Positions 28,158 to 38,017 of a stretch of DNA of 64,000 bases are shown here, piece by piece. This DNA comes from Akkermansia sp. (GTDB lineage: Bacteria > Verrucomicrobiota > Verrucomicrobiia > Verrucomicrobiales > Akkermansiaceae): positions 1,243-65,242 of the forward strand of contig JAZNLU010000044.1 in the NCBI GenBank assembly GCA_045579245.1, read 5' to 3'. Both the position numbers and the translations under genes were made by a program. Under the pieces are notes generated by a model. The model did no database searches, had not been told where the DNA came from, and saw nothing but the letters and a program-made list of their open reading frames with translations. Position 1 is the stretch's first letter. Every line of letters begins with the position of its first letter.

Positions 28158-31100
28158 ATGGATAAAAACGCCATCAAAAAGTTTGCGGTCTGGGCTCGGC
28201 GGGAGCTGATTTCCCGTGTTTCTCAGAAAGCCTTGCAGTTCGGTATTGCTGCCGGTGCTGCGGATCCTGCGGATGCCACGAGTATCAACGGTAAGGTACT
28301 GTCTGCTGCCGAGGTTCAGCAGCGCCGTGCCCTGTTGAAGCAGGTGCAGAGCAAGGGCTATGAGCAGGTCATGGAGGAAGTGGCCTACACCTGGTTCAAC
28401 CGTTTCTGTGCGCTCCGCTTCATGGAGGTGAACCAGTATCTCCCCTCTCGCGTGCGTGTCTTCACCAATGAGGAGGATGCCTTCAAGCCGCAAATGATTG
28501 ATGAAGCCCTGTCTCTGGAGCTGGAGGGGCTTTCCTTGGAAGCGGTCTACGCCTACAAGGAGGCAAATGACAAGGAGGGGCTGTTCAAGTACCTGCTCAT
28601 CACTCAGTGCAATGCCCTCAGCCCTATTCTGCCGCAAATGTTCCAGCTCATTGCGGACTACACCGAGCTGCTCTTCCCGGATAATCTGCTGCGCGAGGGT
28701 AGCGTGATTCATGAGATGGTGACCTCCATCCCCACCGAGGATTGGCAGGATGCGGTGCAGATTATCGGCTGGCTGTACCAATACTACAACAGCGAGAAGA
28801 AAGACGAAGTATTCGCAAACCTGAAGAAGAATGTTAAAATCACCAAAGATAACATTCCCGCTGCCACCCAGCTCTTTACGCCGGATTGGATTGTGCGCTA
28901 CATGGTGGAAAACTCCCTCGGTCGCTTGTGGGTGGAGGGGCACCCCAATGAGGAGCTGAAGCAGCAGTGGCGCTACTTCCTGGAGGAAGCCGAACAGGAG
29001 CCGGAGGTACAGGCTCAGCTGGCAGACATCCGCAAGGAATACGCCGCCATGAAGCCGGAGGATATCAAGTGCATTGACCCCTGCTGCGGTAGCGGCCACA
29101 TTCTCGCCTACATGTTCGATGTGCTGGTGCAGATCTATGAATCCTGCGGCTACACCACGCGAGACGCCGTGCGCTGCATCGTAGAGAAGAATATCTATGG
29201 TTTAGATATTGATGACCGCGCTGCCCAGCTCGCTTATTTTGCCGTGATGATGAAAGCCCGGCAGTATGACCGCCGTTTCCTGACTCGCAAGGATGAGAAC
29301 GATAATCCTGATGTACCACAGCCCAAGGTCTACGCTATTTGCGAAAGCAATAGCATTGATGAACATGCTTTGGAATACTTTGCTAATGGTGATGCCGGGA
29401 TGTATTTCTCCCTGCAAACCATAGTCCGTGAGCTTCACGATGCCAAGGAATACGGCTCGCTTATCAAATGCACTCCGCTGGATTATGGAGCACTGTATAC
29501 TCGCGCTGAGGCGATTCGTAAGAGCGGGGATATGCAAGGAGCTGCCATTGTTAATGAAATTCTCCCGCTGATTCGTGTGGCTGAGAACTTGGCGTTGAAA
29601 TACGATACGGTGGTAACTAACCCGCCATATATGGGGGCAAATGGTATGAATCCCGGACTGAGTCAGTACGCAAAAAAATACTATCCTGATACAAAATCCG
29701 ATTTGAGTACAGTGATGATGGAGCAAACGCTCCACATGTGTACGACCAAAGGATACATGGCTATGATTAATATCCCGGTATGGATGTTCCTGTCCAGCTA
29801 CGAGAAACTCCGCCATAACATCATTGCCAACAATACCATATCCTCTATGGCGCATACCGGGCGTGGTATTTTTGGTTCCGACTTCGGCTCTACGTCCTTC
29901 GTTATCAAGAAAAGACGCGTTGACCAATATCGAGCAAACTACCGTCGCTTATTTGACAAATCCGGAGATGTGGACTCTGTTGAAGTAAAAGAACGTTGGT
30001 TCTTTGAAGGCAAAGGTTCCCATACAGCTCAGCAGGAATCTTTCTCCAAAATCCCCGGCAGCCCGATTGTTTATTGGGTGAAAAATATTGATATATTTGA
30101 TACAAAAAACATCGGTAATTTTTATGATTCTGCTGGTAGAAATAAAACACATAATAACGAACTATATGTTCGAGCATGGTGGGAACCCTCATCAAATAGC
30201 CATTGGGAGCCATATGCCAATGGTGGTATTTTTAGACGATGGGCAGGTAATGACATAGATGTCGTCGATTGGAGTCCTAAAGCAAAGGCGTTCTACGCTT
30301 CTCATGGTGGGTTATATAACCAAAATTTTGCAGGGAAAGAGGGTATATGCTGGAATTTAATCACTTCTTATAAGAATGGATTTCGAATTAAACAAGCATC
30401 GCACCATTATAGTTCTGGAGCACCTACAATATTGAGTGAGATTATATCTAATCATAATTACACGCTTGGCCTTCTGAATGGTATTGTAGGGCAATATATT
30501 CTTTCCTTGTACAATCCCACACTAAATACAACGGTTGGTGATGTTTTGAAGATTCCTTTAATTGTTGAGAAACAAGAAATAGTAGAAAACTTTGTACTAG
30601 AGTGCATTCTTTTATCACAAACCGACTGGGACTCTTATGAAACCTCCTGGGATTTCAAAAAGCACCCATTACTGCGGGAACAGGGAAGCTTGCAGTCGTC
30701 ATACAAGGTATGGGAGGTAGAAGCAAGCGAGCGCTTCTACCAACTCAAAGCCAACGAGGAAGAACTCAACCGCATTTTCATCGACATCTACGGCTTACAG
30801 GATGAACTGACGCCGGAGGTGGAAGAAAAGGACGTGACGGTACGCAAGGCGGATTTGGGTCGGGACATCCGCAGCCTTATCAGCTATGCGGTGGGCTGCA
30901 TGTTCGGGCGCTACTCACTGGATGTGGAGGGGCTGGCCTATGCCGGCGGTGATTGGGATGCAAGCAAGTACTGCACATTCCCCGCCGATGCGGACAACAT
31001 CATCCCCATCTGCGATGACGAATATTTTACGGATGACATCGTGGGGCGCTTCGTGGAGTTCATCCGCGTGGCATACGGGGAGGACACGCAGGAGGAGAAC

Positions 31101-31565
31101 CTGCGCTTCATTGCGGATGCGCTGGGCGGCAAGGGCAATGCGCGCGAAGTCATCCGCAAATACTTCCGCGATGACTTCTATGCCGACCACCTGAAAATCT
31201 ACCAGAAGCGGCCCATCTACTGGCAGTTTGACAGCGGTAAGAAGGGCGGCTTCCGCGCCCTGATCTATATGCACCGCTACGCTCCGGACACTATCGCCCG
31301 CATCCGTACCGACTACGTACACCAGCAACAGGATCGCTACCGCACCGCCTTGGAAGGCATCGAGCAACGCATGGCGAACGCCGGCACCGGCGAGCGAGTG
31401 AAGCTGAGCAAGGTGCAGAAGAAGCTCCAGGAGCAGGACAAGGAACTGCACGAGTACGAAGAAAAGATACACCACCTGGCTGACCAGTTCATCAGCATCG
31501 ACTTGGATGACGGCGTGAAGAAGAACTACGCCCTCTTTGCGGATGTGCTGACCAAAATCAAATAA
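28158..31565 (+). CDS. pglX: BREX N6-adenine DNA methyltransferase PglX
   Basis: 1135 aa. It has motif I-like IDPCCGSGHIL and motif IV VVTNPPYMG, and a C-terminal ...IYWQFDSGKKGGFRALIYMHRY typical of PglX/type IIG-like enzymes. Confidence 0.9.
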   Translation: MDKNAIKKFAVWARRELISRVSQKALQFGIAAGAADPADATSINGKVLSAAEVQQRRALLKQVQSKGYEQVMEEVAYTWFNRFCALRFMEVNQYLPSRVRVFTNEEDAFKPQMIDEALSLELEGLSLEAVYAYKEANDKEGLFKYLLITQCNALSPILPQMFQLIADYTELLFPDNLLREGSVIHEMVTSIPTEDWQDAVQIIGWLYQYYNSEKKDEVFANLKKNVKITKDNIPAATQLFTPDWIVRYMVENSLGRLWVEGHPNEELKQQWRYFLEEAEQEPEVQAQLADIRKEYAAMKPEDIKCIDPCCGSGHILAYMFDVLVQIYESCGYTTRDAVRCIVEKNIYGLDIDDRAAQLAYFAVMMKARQYDRRFLTRKDENDNPDVPQPKVYAICESNSIDEHALEYFANGDAGMYFSLQTIVRELHDAKEYGSLIKCTPLDYGALYTRAEAIRKSGDMQGAAIVNEILPLIRVAENLALKYDTVVTNPPYMGANGMNPGLSQYAKKYYPDTKSDLSTVMMEQTLHMCTTKGYMAMINIPVWMFLSSYEKLRHNIIANNTISSMAHTGRGIFGSDFGSTSFVIKKRRVDQYRANYRRLFDKSGDVDSVEVKERWFFEGKGSHTAQQESFSKIPGSPIVYWVKNIDIFDTKNIGNFYDSAGRNKTHNNELYVRAWWEPSSNSHWEPYANGGIFRRWAGNDIDVVDWSPKAKAFYASHGGLYNQNFAGKEGICWNLITSYKNGFRIKQASHHYSSGAPTILSEIISNHNYTLGLLNGIVGQYILSLYNPTLNTTVGDVLKIPLIVEKQEIVENFVLECILLSQTDWDSYETSWDFKKHPLLREQGSLQSSYKVWEVEASERFYQLKANEEELNRIFIDIYGLQDELTPEVEEKDVTVRKADLGRDIRSLISYAVGCMFGRYSLDVEGLAYAGGDWDASKYCTFPADADNIIPICDDEYFTDDIVGRFVEFIRVAYGEDTQEENLRFIADALGGKGNAREVIRKYFRDDFYADHLKIYQKRPIYWQFDSGKKGGFRALIYMHRYAPDTIARIRTDYVHQQQDRYRTALEGIEQRMANAGTGERVKLSKVQKKLQEQDKELHEYEEKIHHLADQFISIDLDDGVKKNYALFADVLTKIK

Positions 31566-31577
31566 GGACAAGAGAGC

Positions 31578-34166
31578 ATGGATTGGGAGAACATCACACG
31601 CGAATTGAACCGACGCTTTGCTGAACCCTTGGCAGAGTTCTACAAGCGGCGCATCATCTTCTGGTATGATGAAGACCGCGAGTTTGAGGACAAAGTAGCG
31701 GAGATGGAATTGGCAAATGCCAAGCTGCTCATCCTGACCGGCACCAACAGCTTTGCCGCCAAGAAGTTGCTGGCCGCAGACGACACAGAAAGCAATTATC
31801 TGGTCTATTGCCCGCTGCGGTTCCGGAGGGCAGAAGACAACTGGCTGCTGAATATCGCGCTGTATAGCGAAGAATACCGGGCAGACCGTAACTCCATGTG
31901 GATGGATGAAATGGGCTTGCCTCAGAACCACCACATGCGCCCGAAAATCAAGGAGTACAGCAAGTTCTTCCAAGTCGCCGAGCATCGCGCCCGCATTAAG
32001 GCGATGTCTGCGCATATTGCCACCGTGCCGCAGCTGCATCTGGCTGTCATGGCTACCCTGTGCAGCGTACGCACACCCCAGCCTTCGGGCATTATCCTGA
32101 GCGTGTTGTCCCACGGAACAGATGCGGAGAACAACCCGGCATACTGCAAGCTGAAGAAATACGGCGCCGAAACAGCCTTCTGGAAACTTGCGCAGCAGAT
32201 GTGCGGATACAACGGAGGCTCTGAGCCTGAGCTGAAAAAACTGTCAGCGCACTTGTTGCTGACTGCCGCCACCCGCACCATGCGGGAAAATCTACTCACC
32301 GGACTGGAGGCCTATATCGCCGATACGCATCAGTCGCAATGTTATGATCTGGTGGCTGACTGGTTGCAGATGGATGCGGAAGGCTTGGGCGACATTGCCG
32401 GGGACGTGGAGTATGACCTGCGGCTCTACCAGCGCTTCAGCAAGGCGGAAGCCGAAGAACTGGCCGAGACGGAATGTTTCCCCTGCATAGACGAGTGCAT
32501 CCTCGCCACGCTGATGCAGGAGATATGCGATGGGCTTATCCGCGTGGAGAGCATCCGCAATCTGGTGGCTACCCGGCGTACGAAAGCCTGGTTCAGCCGA
32601 TATGCTTCCTACTACGAAGGATTGTTGCAGGTGGCCAACATGCAGGAGTTCAACATCGCGCACCACGAGGGATTCCACCTTGCCAGACCGCAGGAAATAT
32701 GGAAGGCCTACGAAAGTGACTACTACCGTATGGATAGTTACTACCGTCGCTTCCACCTGTGCTTCAATCGCAGCCTGACCATGAGCCATGATGGGCTGGA
32801 TGACCTCTTCAAGCACGTGCTGGATGTGGTGGAGAATCTGTACGGCAAATACCTGAACCAGCTGAGCAGCAACTGGACGGCGGTGAGTGCCGAAGCTTTG
32901 GCTACGCAAGGGTATATACCCGATGTGAATCGCCAGCGGAGTTTCTATTGCAACAAGGTCGAGTCGAGAGACAGGAGGCTTTATGTGATTGTCTCCGATG
33001 CGCTGCGCTACGAGGTGGCAGCTGAATTGACAGAACAACTGCGCCGGGAAAACCAATGCACGGTGGAGCTGGAAAGCATGCAGGGCATATTCCCGACCAT
33101 CACCAAGTTCGGGATGGCTGCGCTGTTGCCCCACCTCAAGCTGGATGTGGTAGCAAAAGCCGGCGGCGGTGTGAGTGTGCTGGCTGACGGCGCAAGCACC
33201 GAAATGCCTAACCGCGACAAGGTACTGAAGGCGAAGCACCCCGCCAGCGTGGCTTTGCAGTATAAGAATATCATTGGTCTGAAACGTGCCGCCCGTCAGG
33301 CTCTGGTGAAAGACATGGACGTGGTGTACATTTACCACGATAAGATTGACGAAGCCAGCCACAGCTCGGATTCGCAGGTATTCTCTGCATGTGAGGATGC
33401 CATCAACGAGCTGAAACATCTGGTACGTATCATCTGCAATGAATTCGGGGGCACACGCATCTGCATCACGGCAGATCATGGGTTCCTGTACACCTATAGC
33501 CCGCTGAGCGAGCTGGATAAGGTGGATAAGAGTGCATTCCGGGAGCAGCTGGTGGACTATGGTCGCCGCTATGCCATCACCGAGCCCGGCATCGAGGCGG
33601 AGTACCTGATGCCGGTGAAGTTCACGGACGAGCTGTCGGCGCTGACCCCGCGCGAGAATGTGCGCATCAAGATGAGCGGCGGCGGGCTCAACTTTGTGCA
33701 TGGTGGCATCAGCTTGCAGGAAATGGTGGTGCCGGTCATTGATTTCCGACATCTGCGCAATGCCAGCGCACAGTACAAGAAGAACAGAGAAAAATACGAT
33801 ACCAAACCTGTATCGATCTCCTTGCTCTCAGCCAGCAGAAAGATAACGAACATGTTGTTCCCGCTGAGTTTCCTGCAAAACGAGGCTGTGGGCAATAATC
33901 GCATCGCTTGCCCCTATAAGCTGTATTTTATGGATGAGTACGGTAAGCAGATCAGTGACATCGTGAAGCTGATAGCTGATAAAGAGAACGCTAACGCTCA
34001 GGAACGAGTGTATCGCCATAATTTCAACCTCAAGAACCTGAAATACAACAACTGGGATACCTATTACCTCGTCATTGAGGATGAGAGCGGGGCTCAGTTG
34101 CAGCAGCGTGAGGCATTCCAGATTGATATAGCTATGGCTATTGATGATTTTAACTTCTTTGATTGA
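31578..34166 (+). CDS. pglZ: BREX alkaline-phosphatase-superfamily protein PglZ
   Basis: 862 aa. YVIVSDALRYEVAAELTEQL and ITADHGFLY are PglZ-domain hallmarks. Confidence 0.9.
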   Translation: MDWENITRELNRRFAEPLAEFYKRRIIFWYDEDREFEDKVAEMELANAKLLILTGTNSFAAKKLLAADDTESNYLVYCPLRFRRAEDNWLLNIALYSEEYRADRNSMWMDEMGLPQNHHMRPKIKEYSKFFQVAEHRARIKAMSAHIATVPQLHLAVMATLCSVRTPQPSGIILSVLSHGTDAENNPAYCKLKKYGAETAFWKLAQQMCGYNGGSEPELKKLSAHLLLTAATRTMRENLLTGLEAYIADTHQSQCYDLVADWLQMDAEGLGDIAGDVEYDLRLYQRFSKAEAEELAETECFPCIDECILATLMQEICDGLIRVESIRNLVATRRTKAWFSRYASYYEGLLQVANMQEFNIAHHEGFHLARPQEIWKAYESDYYRMDSYYRRFHLCFNRSLTMSHDGLDDLFKHVLDVVENLYGKYLNQLSSNWTAVSAEALATQGYIPDVNRQRSFYCNKVESRDRRLYVIVSDALRYEVAAELTEQLRRENQCTVELESMQGIFPTITKFGMAALLPHLKLDVVAKAGGGVSVLADGASTEMPNRDKVLKAKHPASVALQYKNIIGLKRAARQALVKDMDVVYIYHDKIDEASHSSDSQVFSACEDAINELKHLVRIICNEFGGTRICITADHGFLYTYSPLSELDKVDKSAFREQLVDYGRRYAITEPGIEAEYLMPVKFTDELSALTPRENVRIKMSGGGLNFVHGGISLQEMVVPVIDFRHLRNASAQYKKNREKYDTKPVSISLLSASRKITNMLFPLSFLQNEAVGNNRIACPYKLYFMDEYGKQISDIVKLIADKENANAQERVYRHNFNLKNLKYNNWDTYYLVIEDESGAQLQQREAFQIDIAMAIDDFNFFD

Positions 34167-34173
34167 TAAGACG

Positions 34174-36222
34174 ATGAGCGCAAACACACGAGAAGTGATA
34201 AAAGCTAAACTGAGGGAGCACTTCGGTGGCAAGGTCGTTCGCAAGGATTTGACCAAAAAGATAAAGGAAGGCGCCAATGTCCCGGTGTATGTGCTGGAGT
34301 TCCTGCTGGGGCAGTATTGTTGCTCTGATGATGAGGAGATTATTCAGCAGGGCGTAGACAAAGTGAAGCGTATTCTGGCTGACAACTTTGTGCGACCTGA
34401 TGAAGCTCAGAAGATTTTATCGGTACTGCGCCGAAATGGCTCGCATACTGTGATTGACCGCGTGACGGTGTGTCTGGATATCAAGAGCGATAAATACCTG
34501 GCCGAGTTTTCCAATCTCGGGCAAGTGAATATACCGATAGATGACGCATACCCGGAAAAGTACGACAGGTTGCTTTGCGGTGGTATCTGGTGCATTGTAC
34601 AGCTAGCCTATGAGTACAACGAAGAGGATAAGAAGAACGGGCATCCTATTCAGATAAGCAAGCTTACGCCCATCCAGATGCCGCGCGTGGATATCGATGA
34701 GTTGAAACGCGGGCGAGCGGCGTTCACAAAAGAAGAATGGTTGGATATACTGCTGCGCTCGACCGGCATGGAGCCGGATTCTCTGAAAGAGCGAGAGAAG
34801 TTGCTGCTGCTGACTCGCATGATTCCGCTGGTAGAGAACAATTTCAATCTCTGCGAGCTGGGGCCACGAAGCACGGGCAAATCTCACTTGTACAAGGAGA
34901 TATCGCCGAACAGTATTCTGGTATCGGGCGGCCAGACCACGGTGGCTAATCTGTTCTACAATATGGGGCGCAAGGCCGTGGGGCTTGTCGGGCTCTGGGA
35001 CTGCGTGGCCTTTGACGAGGTGGCGGGCATTAAGTTCAAGGACAAAGACGGCGTGCAAATCATGAAGGACTACATGGCATCCGGTTCCTTTGCCCGTGGT
35101 AAGGAGGAAAAGGCGGCATCGGCATCCATGGTGTTTGTAGGCAACATCAACCAGAGCGTGGATGTGTTGCTGAAGACCTCCAGCTTGTTTGATCCGTTCC
35201 CGCCGGAGATGGGAACCGACACGGCATTCCTTGACCGCATGCATTGCTACCTGCCGGGGTGGGAGATTCCCAAGTTCCGCCCGGAGCATTTTACAGATGA
35301 CATGGGCTTCATCACCGATTACCTCTCCGAGTTTATCCGCGAGCTGCGCAAGGAGCAGTACGGCGATGCTCTCGACAGGTATTTCCGCCTTGGAAAGAAC
35401 CTGAACCAACGCGACACTATCGCGGTACGCCGTATGGTGGACAGGTACCTGAAACTCCTGTACCCAGATGCCAAGTTCGGCAAGCCGGAGGTGGAAGAGG
35501 TGCTGCGACTGGCGCTGGAGATGCGCCGGCGCGTGAAGGAACAGCTCAAGAAGTTGGGCGGCATGGAGTTCTACGATGTGAACTTCTCCTACATTGACAA
35601 CGATACATTTGAGGAGAATTATGTCTCTGTACCCGAACAGGGTGGCGGCAAGCTCATACCGGAGGGTATGTGCAATCCCGGGCAGGTGTACACGATTGCT
35701 CGCGGCAAGAGCGGCATGCTCGGGGCGTTCCGTCTTGAATCGCAGATGTTGCCGGGTGGCGGCAAGCTCACGCTGACGGGTATCGGTTCAGAACGAGAAA
35801 GCAAAGAGGCGGCAAACACGGCTTTCAGCTTCCTGAAGGCAAACGGTAAGCGTATCAGCGCCAGCATCAGCACCACGCAGAGGGACTATATCGTCAACTA
35901 TCAGGATCTACAGGGTATCGGCATGACCTCGACGCTGGCTCTGCCCACGTTGATAGCCCTAAGCTCTATCGCTCTCGGCAAACCTACTCAGAGCTCGCTG
36001 GCGGTGCTGGGCGAAATCAGCATCAGCGGCACGATGATTAAGGTAGACGAACTGGCTAACGCCCTCCAAGTCTGCGTGGACAGCGGCGCTAAAAAGGTAT
36101 TGCTGCCCATGACCTCTGCTGTCGACTTAGCCACCGTGCCCTCTGATCTCATTAGCTGCTTCAGCCTCATCTTCTACAGCAGCGCCGAGGAAGCTGTGTT
36201 TAAGGCATTAGGGGTGGAGTAA
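34174..36222 (+). CDS. brxL: BREX Lon-like protease BrxL
   Basis: MSANTREVIKAKLREHFGGKVVRKDL..., a P-loop ELGPRSTGKSHLY and a C-terminal Lon S16-like GEISISGTMIKVDELANALQVCVDSGAKKVLLP. I choose the ATG at 34174, just after the pglZ stop at 34164-34166, over the TTG at 34141. Confidence 0.9.
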   Translation: MSANTREVIKAKLREHFGGKVVRKDLTKKIKEGANVPVYVLEFLLGQYCCSDDEEIIQQGVDKVKRILADNFVRPDEAQKILSVLRRNGSHTVIDRVTVCLDIKSDKYLAEFSNLGQVNIPIDDAYPEKYDRLLCGGIWCIVQLAYEYNEEDKKNGHPIQISKLTPIQMPRVDIDELKRGRAAFTKEEWLDILLRSTGMEPDSLKEREKLLLLTRMIPLVENNFNLCELGPRSTGKSHLYKEISPNSILVSGGQTTVANLFYNMGRKAVGLVGLWDCVAFDEVAGIKFKDKDGVQIMKDYMASGSFARGKEEKAASASMVFVGNINQSVDVLLKTSSLFDPFPPEMGTDTAFLDRMHCYLPGWEIPKFRPEHFTDDMGFITDYLSEFIRELRKEQYGDALDRYFRLGKNLNQRDTIAVRRMVDRYLKLLYPDAKFGKPEVEEVLRLALEMRRRVKEQLKKLGGMEFYDVNFSYIDNDTFEENYVSVPEQGGGKLIPEGMCNPGQVYTIARGKSGMLGAFRLESQMLPGGGKLTLTGIGSERESKEAANTAFSFLKANGKRISASISTTQRDYIVNYQDLQGIGMTSTLALPTLIALSSIALGKPTQSSLAVLGEISISGTMIKVDELANALQVCVDSGAKKVLLPMTSAVDLATVPSDLISCFSLIFYSSAEEAVFKALGVE

Positions 36223-36249
36223 ATATGATTATCACAAATCATTAATGAT

Positions 36250-37197
36250 ATGGATGTTTTAGACCTTTTAGAACATCGAGAAAAAAAGCTACATGACAAT
36301 ATGATGAATATGGTTGATATTGTAGCTAGGACGATTATTCCAAAGTTCAATCCCGCATCAATATATCATTATACAAGCGCCGATGGCTTGAAATCTATAC
36401 TTCAAAGCTATAATGATGAGAACAAAGGGAAACTTTGGTTTTCTCATTATAATTACCTTAACGATTATTCTGAGCTGCAATATATATGCTCGGTCGTGAA
36501 GGAGTGTTTAGAGGACTTAAGAAATGAAAATCCCGTTCTTTATCACATATACAAAGGGAAACAAGGAGAAGTCGATTTTGAAAATAGGCTTTCAAAACAC
36601 CTTTCTTCTCTCGATGTATATGTAGCTTCTTTTTCTATGGAGGTGGATAAATTAAACATGTGGCTTCATTATACAAAAGATCAGAACTCTAGCGGCTACT
36701 GTATAGAGTTTCAATCTTTTGAGTTTCTGAGCAATATGATGAAGCTTAATGACGGGGCGTTATTACGAGGGAGTCCTGTCATTTATGATAAAAATGATCA
36801 AAAGGCATTGATTTCTTCTGTCTTGCAGACATATGATGGGCAAATATACAAGCCTGATGAATTGACGGATGAAGAGAGAGCTTCCTTTTTTCAGCCTATT
36901 TTTGAACTGTTTTCTTTCTTTGCTCCATTTATTAAGCACGAAGCTTTTGCAGGAGAGTGTGAGCACAGGATAATTTGCATATCACCTCATCCAGATTGCA
37001 TAATGACTAGAACTAAGAATGGTCATTTTGTCCCTTATATTGAACTCTATTACGATAGAGAAAAAATAAAAAGCATTACCTGTTCTCCTACTTTGTATCA
37101 ATGTCCTGTGGAGATCGGATTGAAAGCATTGCTGTCAGCTTATGAATTAACCTCTTGCGAGATAAAGAGATCAGGTATTCCGTTTAGAAGTAACTGA
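36250..37197 (+). CDS. DUF2971-family protein, low-GC, 27 nt downstream of brxL
   Basis: IYHYTSADGLKSILQS...KLWFSHYNYLNDYSELQY matches the DUF2971 N-terminal pattern (hYt....l..IL....l..s....lND..E). One spot-counted line gave 33% G+C. There is no terminator between brxL and this gene. Confidence 0.65.
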   Translation: MDVLDLLEHREKKLHDNMMNMVDIVARTIIPKFNPASIYHYTSADGLKSILQSYNDENKGKLWFSHYNYLNDYSELQYICSVVKECLEDLRNENPVLYHIYKGKQGEVDFENRLSKHLSSLDVYVASFSMEVDKLNMWLHYTKDQNSSGYCIEFQSFEFLSNMMKLNDGALLRGSPVIYDKNDQKALISSVLQTYDGQIYKPDELTDEERASFFQPIFELFSFFAPFIKHEAFAGECEHRIICISPHPDCIMTRTKNGHFVPYIELYYDREKIKSITCSPTLYQCPVEIGLKALLSAYELTSCEIKRSGIPFRSN

Positions 37198-37222
37198 TCT
37201 ATAATGAAATTCTTGTGAATGA

Positions 37223-37257
37223 AGTTCAACATGTGCAAAAAATGCACACGTTGAACT
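37223..37257 (+). terminator. Hairpin terminator candidate closing the brxA...DUF2971 transcription unit
   Basis: AGTTCAACATGTGCA-aaaaa-TGCACACGTTGAACT forms a 15-bp stem with one A:C mismatch, followed by TTTCC. Confidence 0.5.
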
Positions 37258-37546
37258 TTCCTCCAATGTAAACACATTGCCGGTGACAAGCAACCTCTGG
37301 TCAGGCTGTGCAGCCGTAATCACCGGTGGGAGGGGATTCTTGCCAGTTCTTGTTTCACGAGCAGGGTATAGGTCTTGGCGCATTCATATGACTCCTGCAA
37401 GTCTTTCAGATTACTCTCACGGCTATGGATTTCCTTCTGGATTGTCATGTATAGCCCGGAAGGTTCTTCCCCTGGTGATCAACACTCATTACACCGGGAA
37501 GACAAAGCGCACCACATGTTACATACCAACATCACACAAAGCAGTT

Positions 37547-37898
37547 ATGTATATCCGAAATTACGATGAAGCACAATACGAGCTTGCCGGCAGCAAGCTT
37601 GCGGCTGATACCATGGTGGATCGTGTCACACCTCTTGGTCTCAGCGTGCTTGGCCTTCTCTGGACTCTGGGCAAGACCAGGAAAACCGAAGTGTACAGTC
37701 TCATTCATAGATACAACAGTCTCACATAACATGACAGCCCTCATCAAGGACGGCTACGTCCATGAACAGGTCATTTCTCACAAAAAGAAATACCTCAGCC
37801 TCACCGGCGAGGGCAAAGAAATCTATGCTGAGTTCATAAGCAAGTCTGCTGCATTGACTCAAAAGTTGAGAGCCATAAAGAAGGGGAACTCAAATTAG
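37547..37898 (+). pseudogene. Possible frameshifted winged-helix (MarR/ArsR-like) regulator
   Basis: The frame of 37277..37729 ends ...TPLGLSVLGLLWTLGKTRKTEVYSLIHRYNSLT*. The frame of 37566..37898 continues ...CTVSFIDTTVSHNMTALIKDGYVHEQVISHKKKYLSLTGEGKEIYAEF. Joined, they look like one wHTH. The shift would lie near the A-run at about 37681-37685. Confidence 0.3.
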
Positions 37899-37902
37899 CC
37901 CG

Positions 37903-37929
37903 TCAGTTATCCGATATTTTCGGATAACT
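37903..37929. terminator. Perfect 11-bp hairpin
   Basis: CAGTTATCCGA-tattt-TCGGATAACTG, 5 nt after the stop of the wHTH frame. There is no clear U-tract. Confidence 0.35.
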
Positions 37930-37959
37930 GCATCTCTACTCTCTAAATGCAGAAATATA

Positions 37960-37994
37960 GCACCCCGCCCTGGTCAGTTCGTCCGGAGCGGGGT
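37960..37994. terminator. Hairpin between the convergent wHTH remnant and integrase remnant
   Basis: CACCCCGC (37960-37967) pairs with GCGGGGTG (37987-37994), followed by TAATTATTT on the + strand. Confidence 0.35.
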
Positions 37995-38017
37995 GTAATT
38001 ATTTGAGCAGGCCTTGC

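Noticed and set aside
24792-35409. Long minus-strand ORFs antisense to BREX genes (24792..25451, 27957..29099, 30915..32114, 32292..33752, 34603..35409)
   Set aside because: They overlap the strongly supported brxC/pglX/pglZ/brxL frames and carry no recognisable motifs. They are shadow ORFs.
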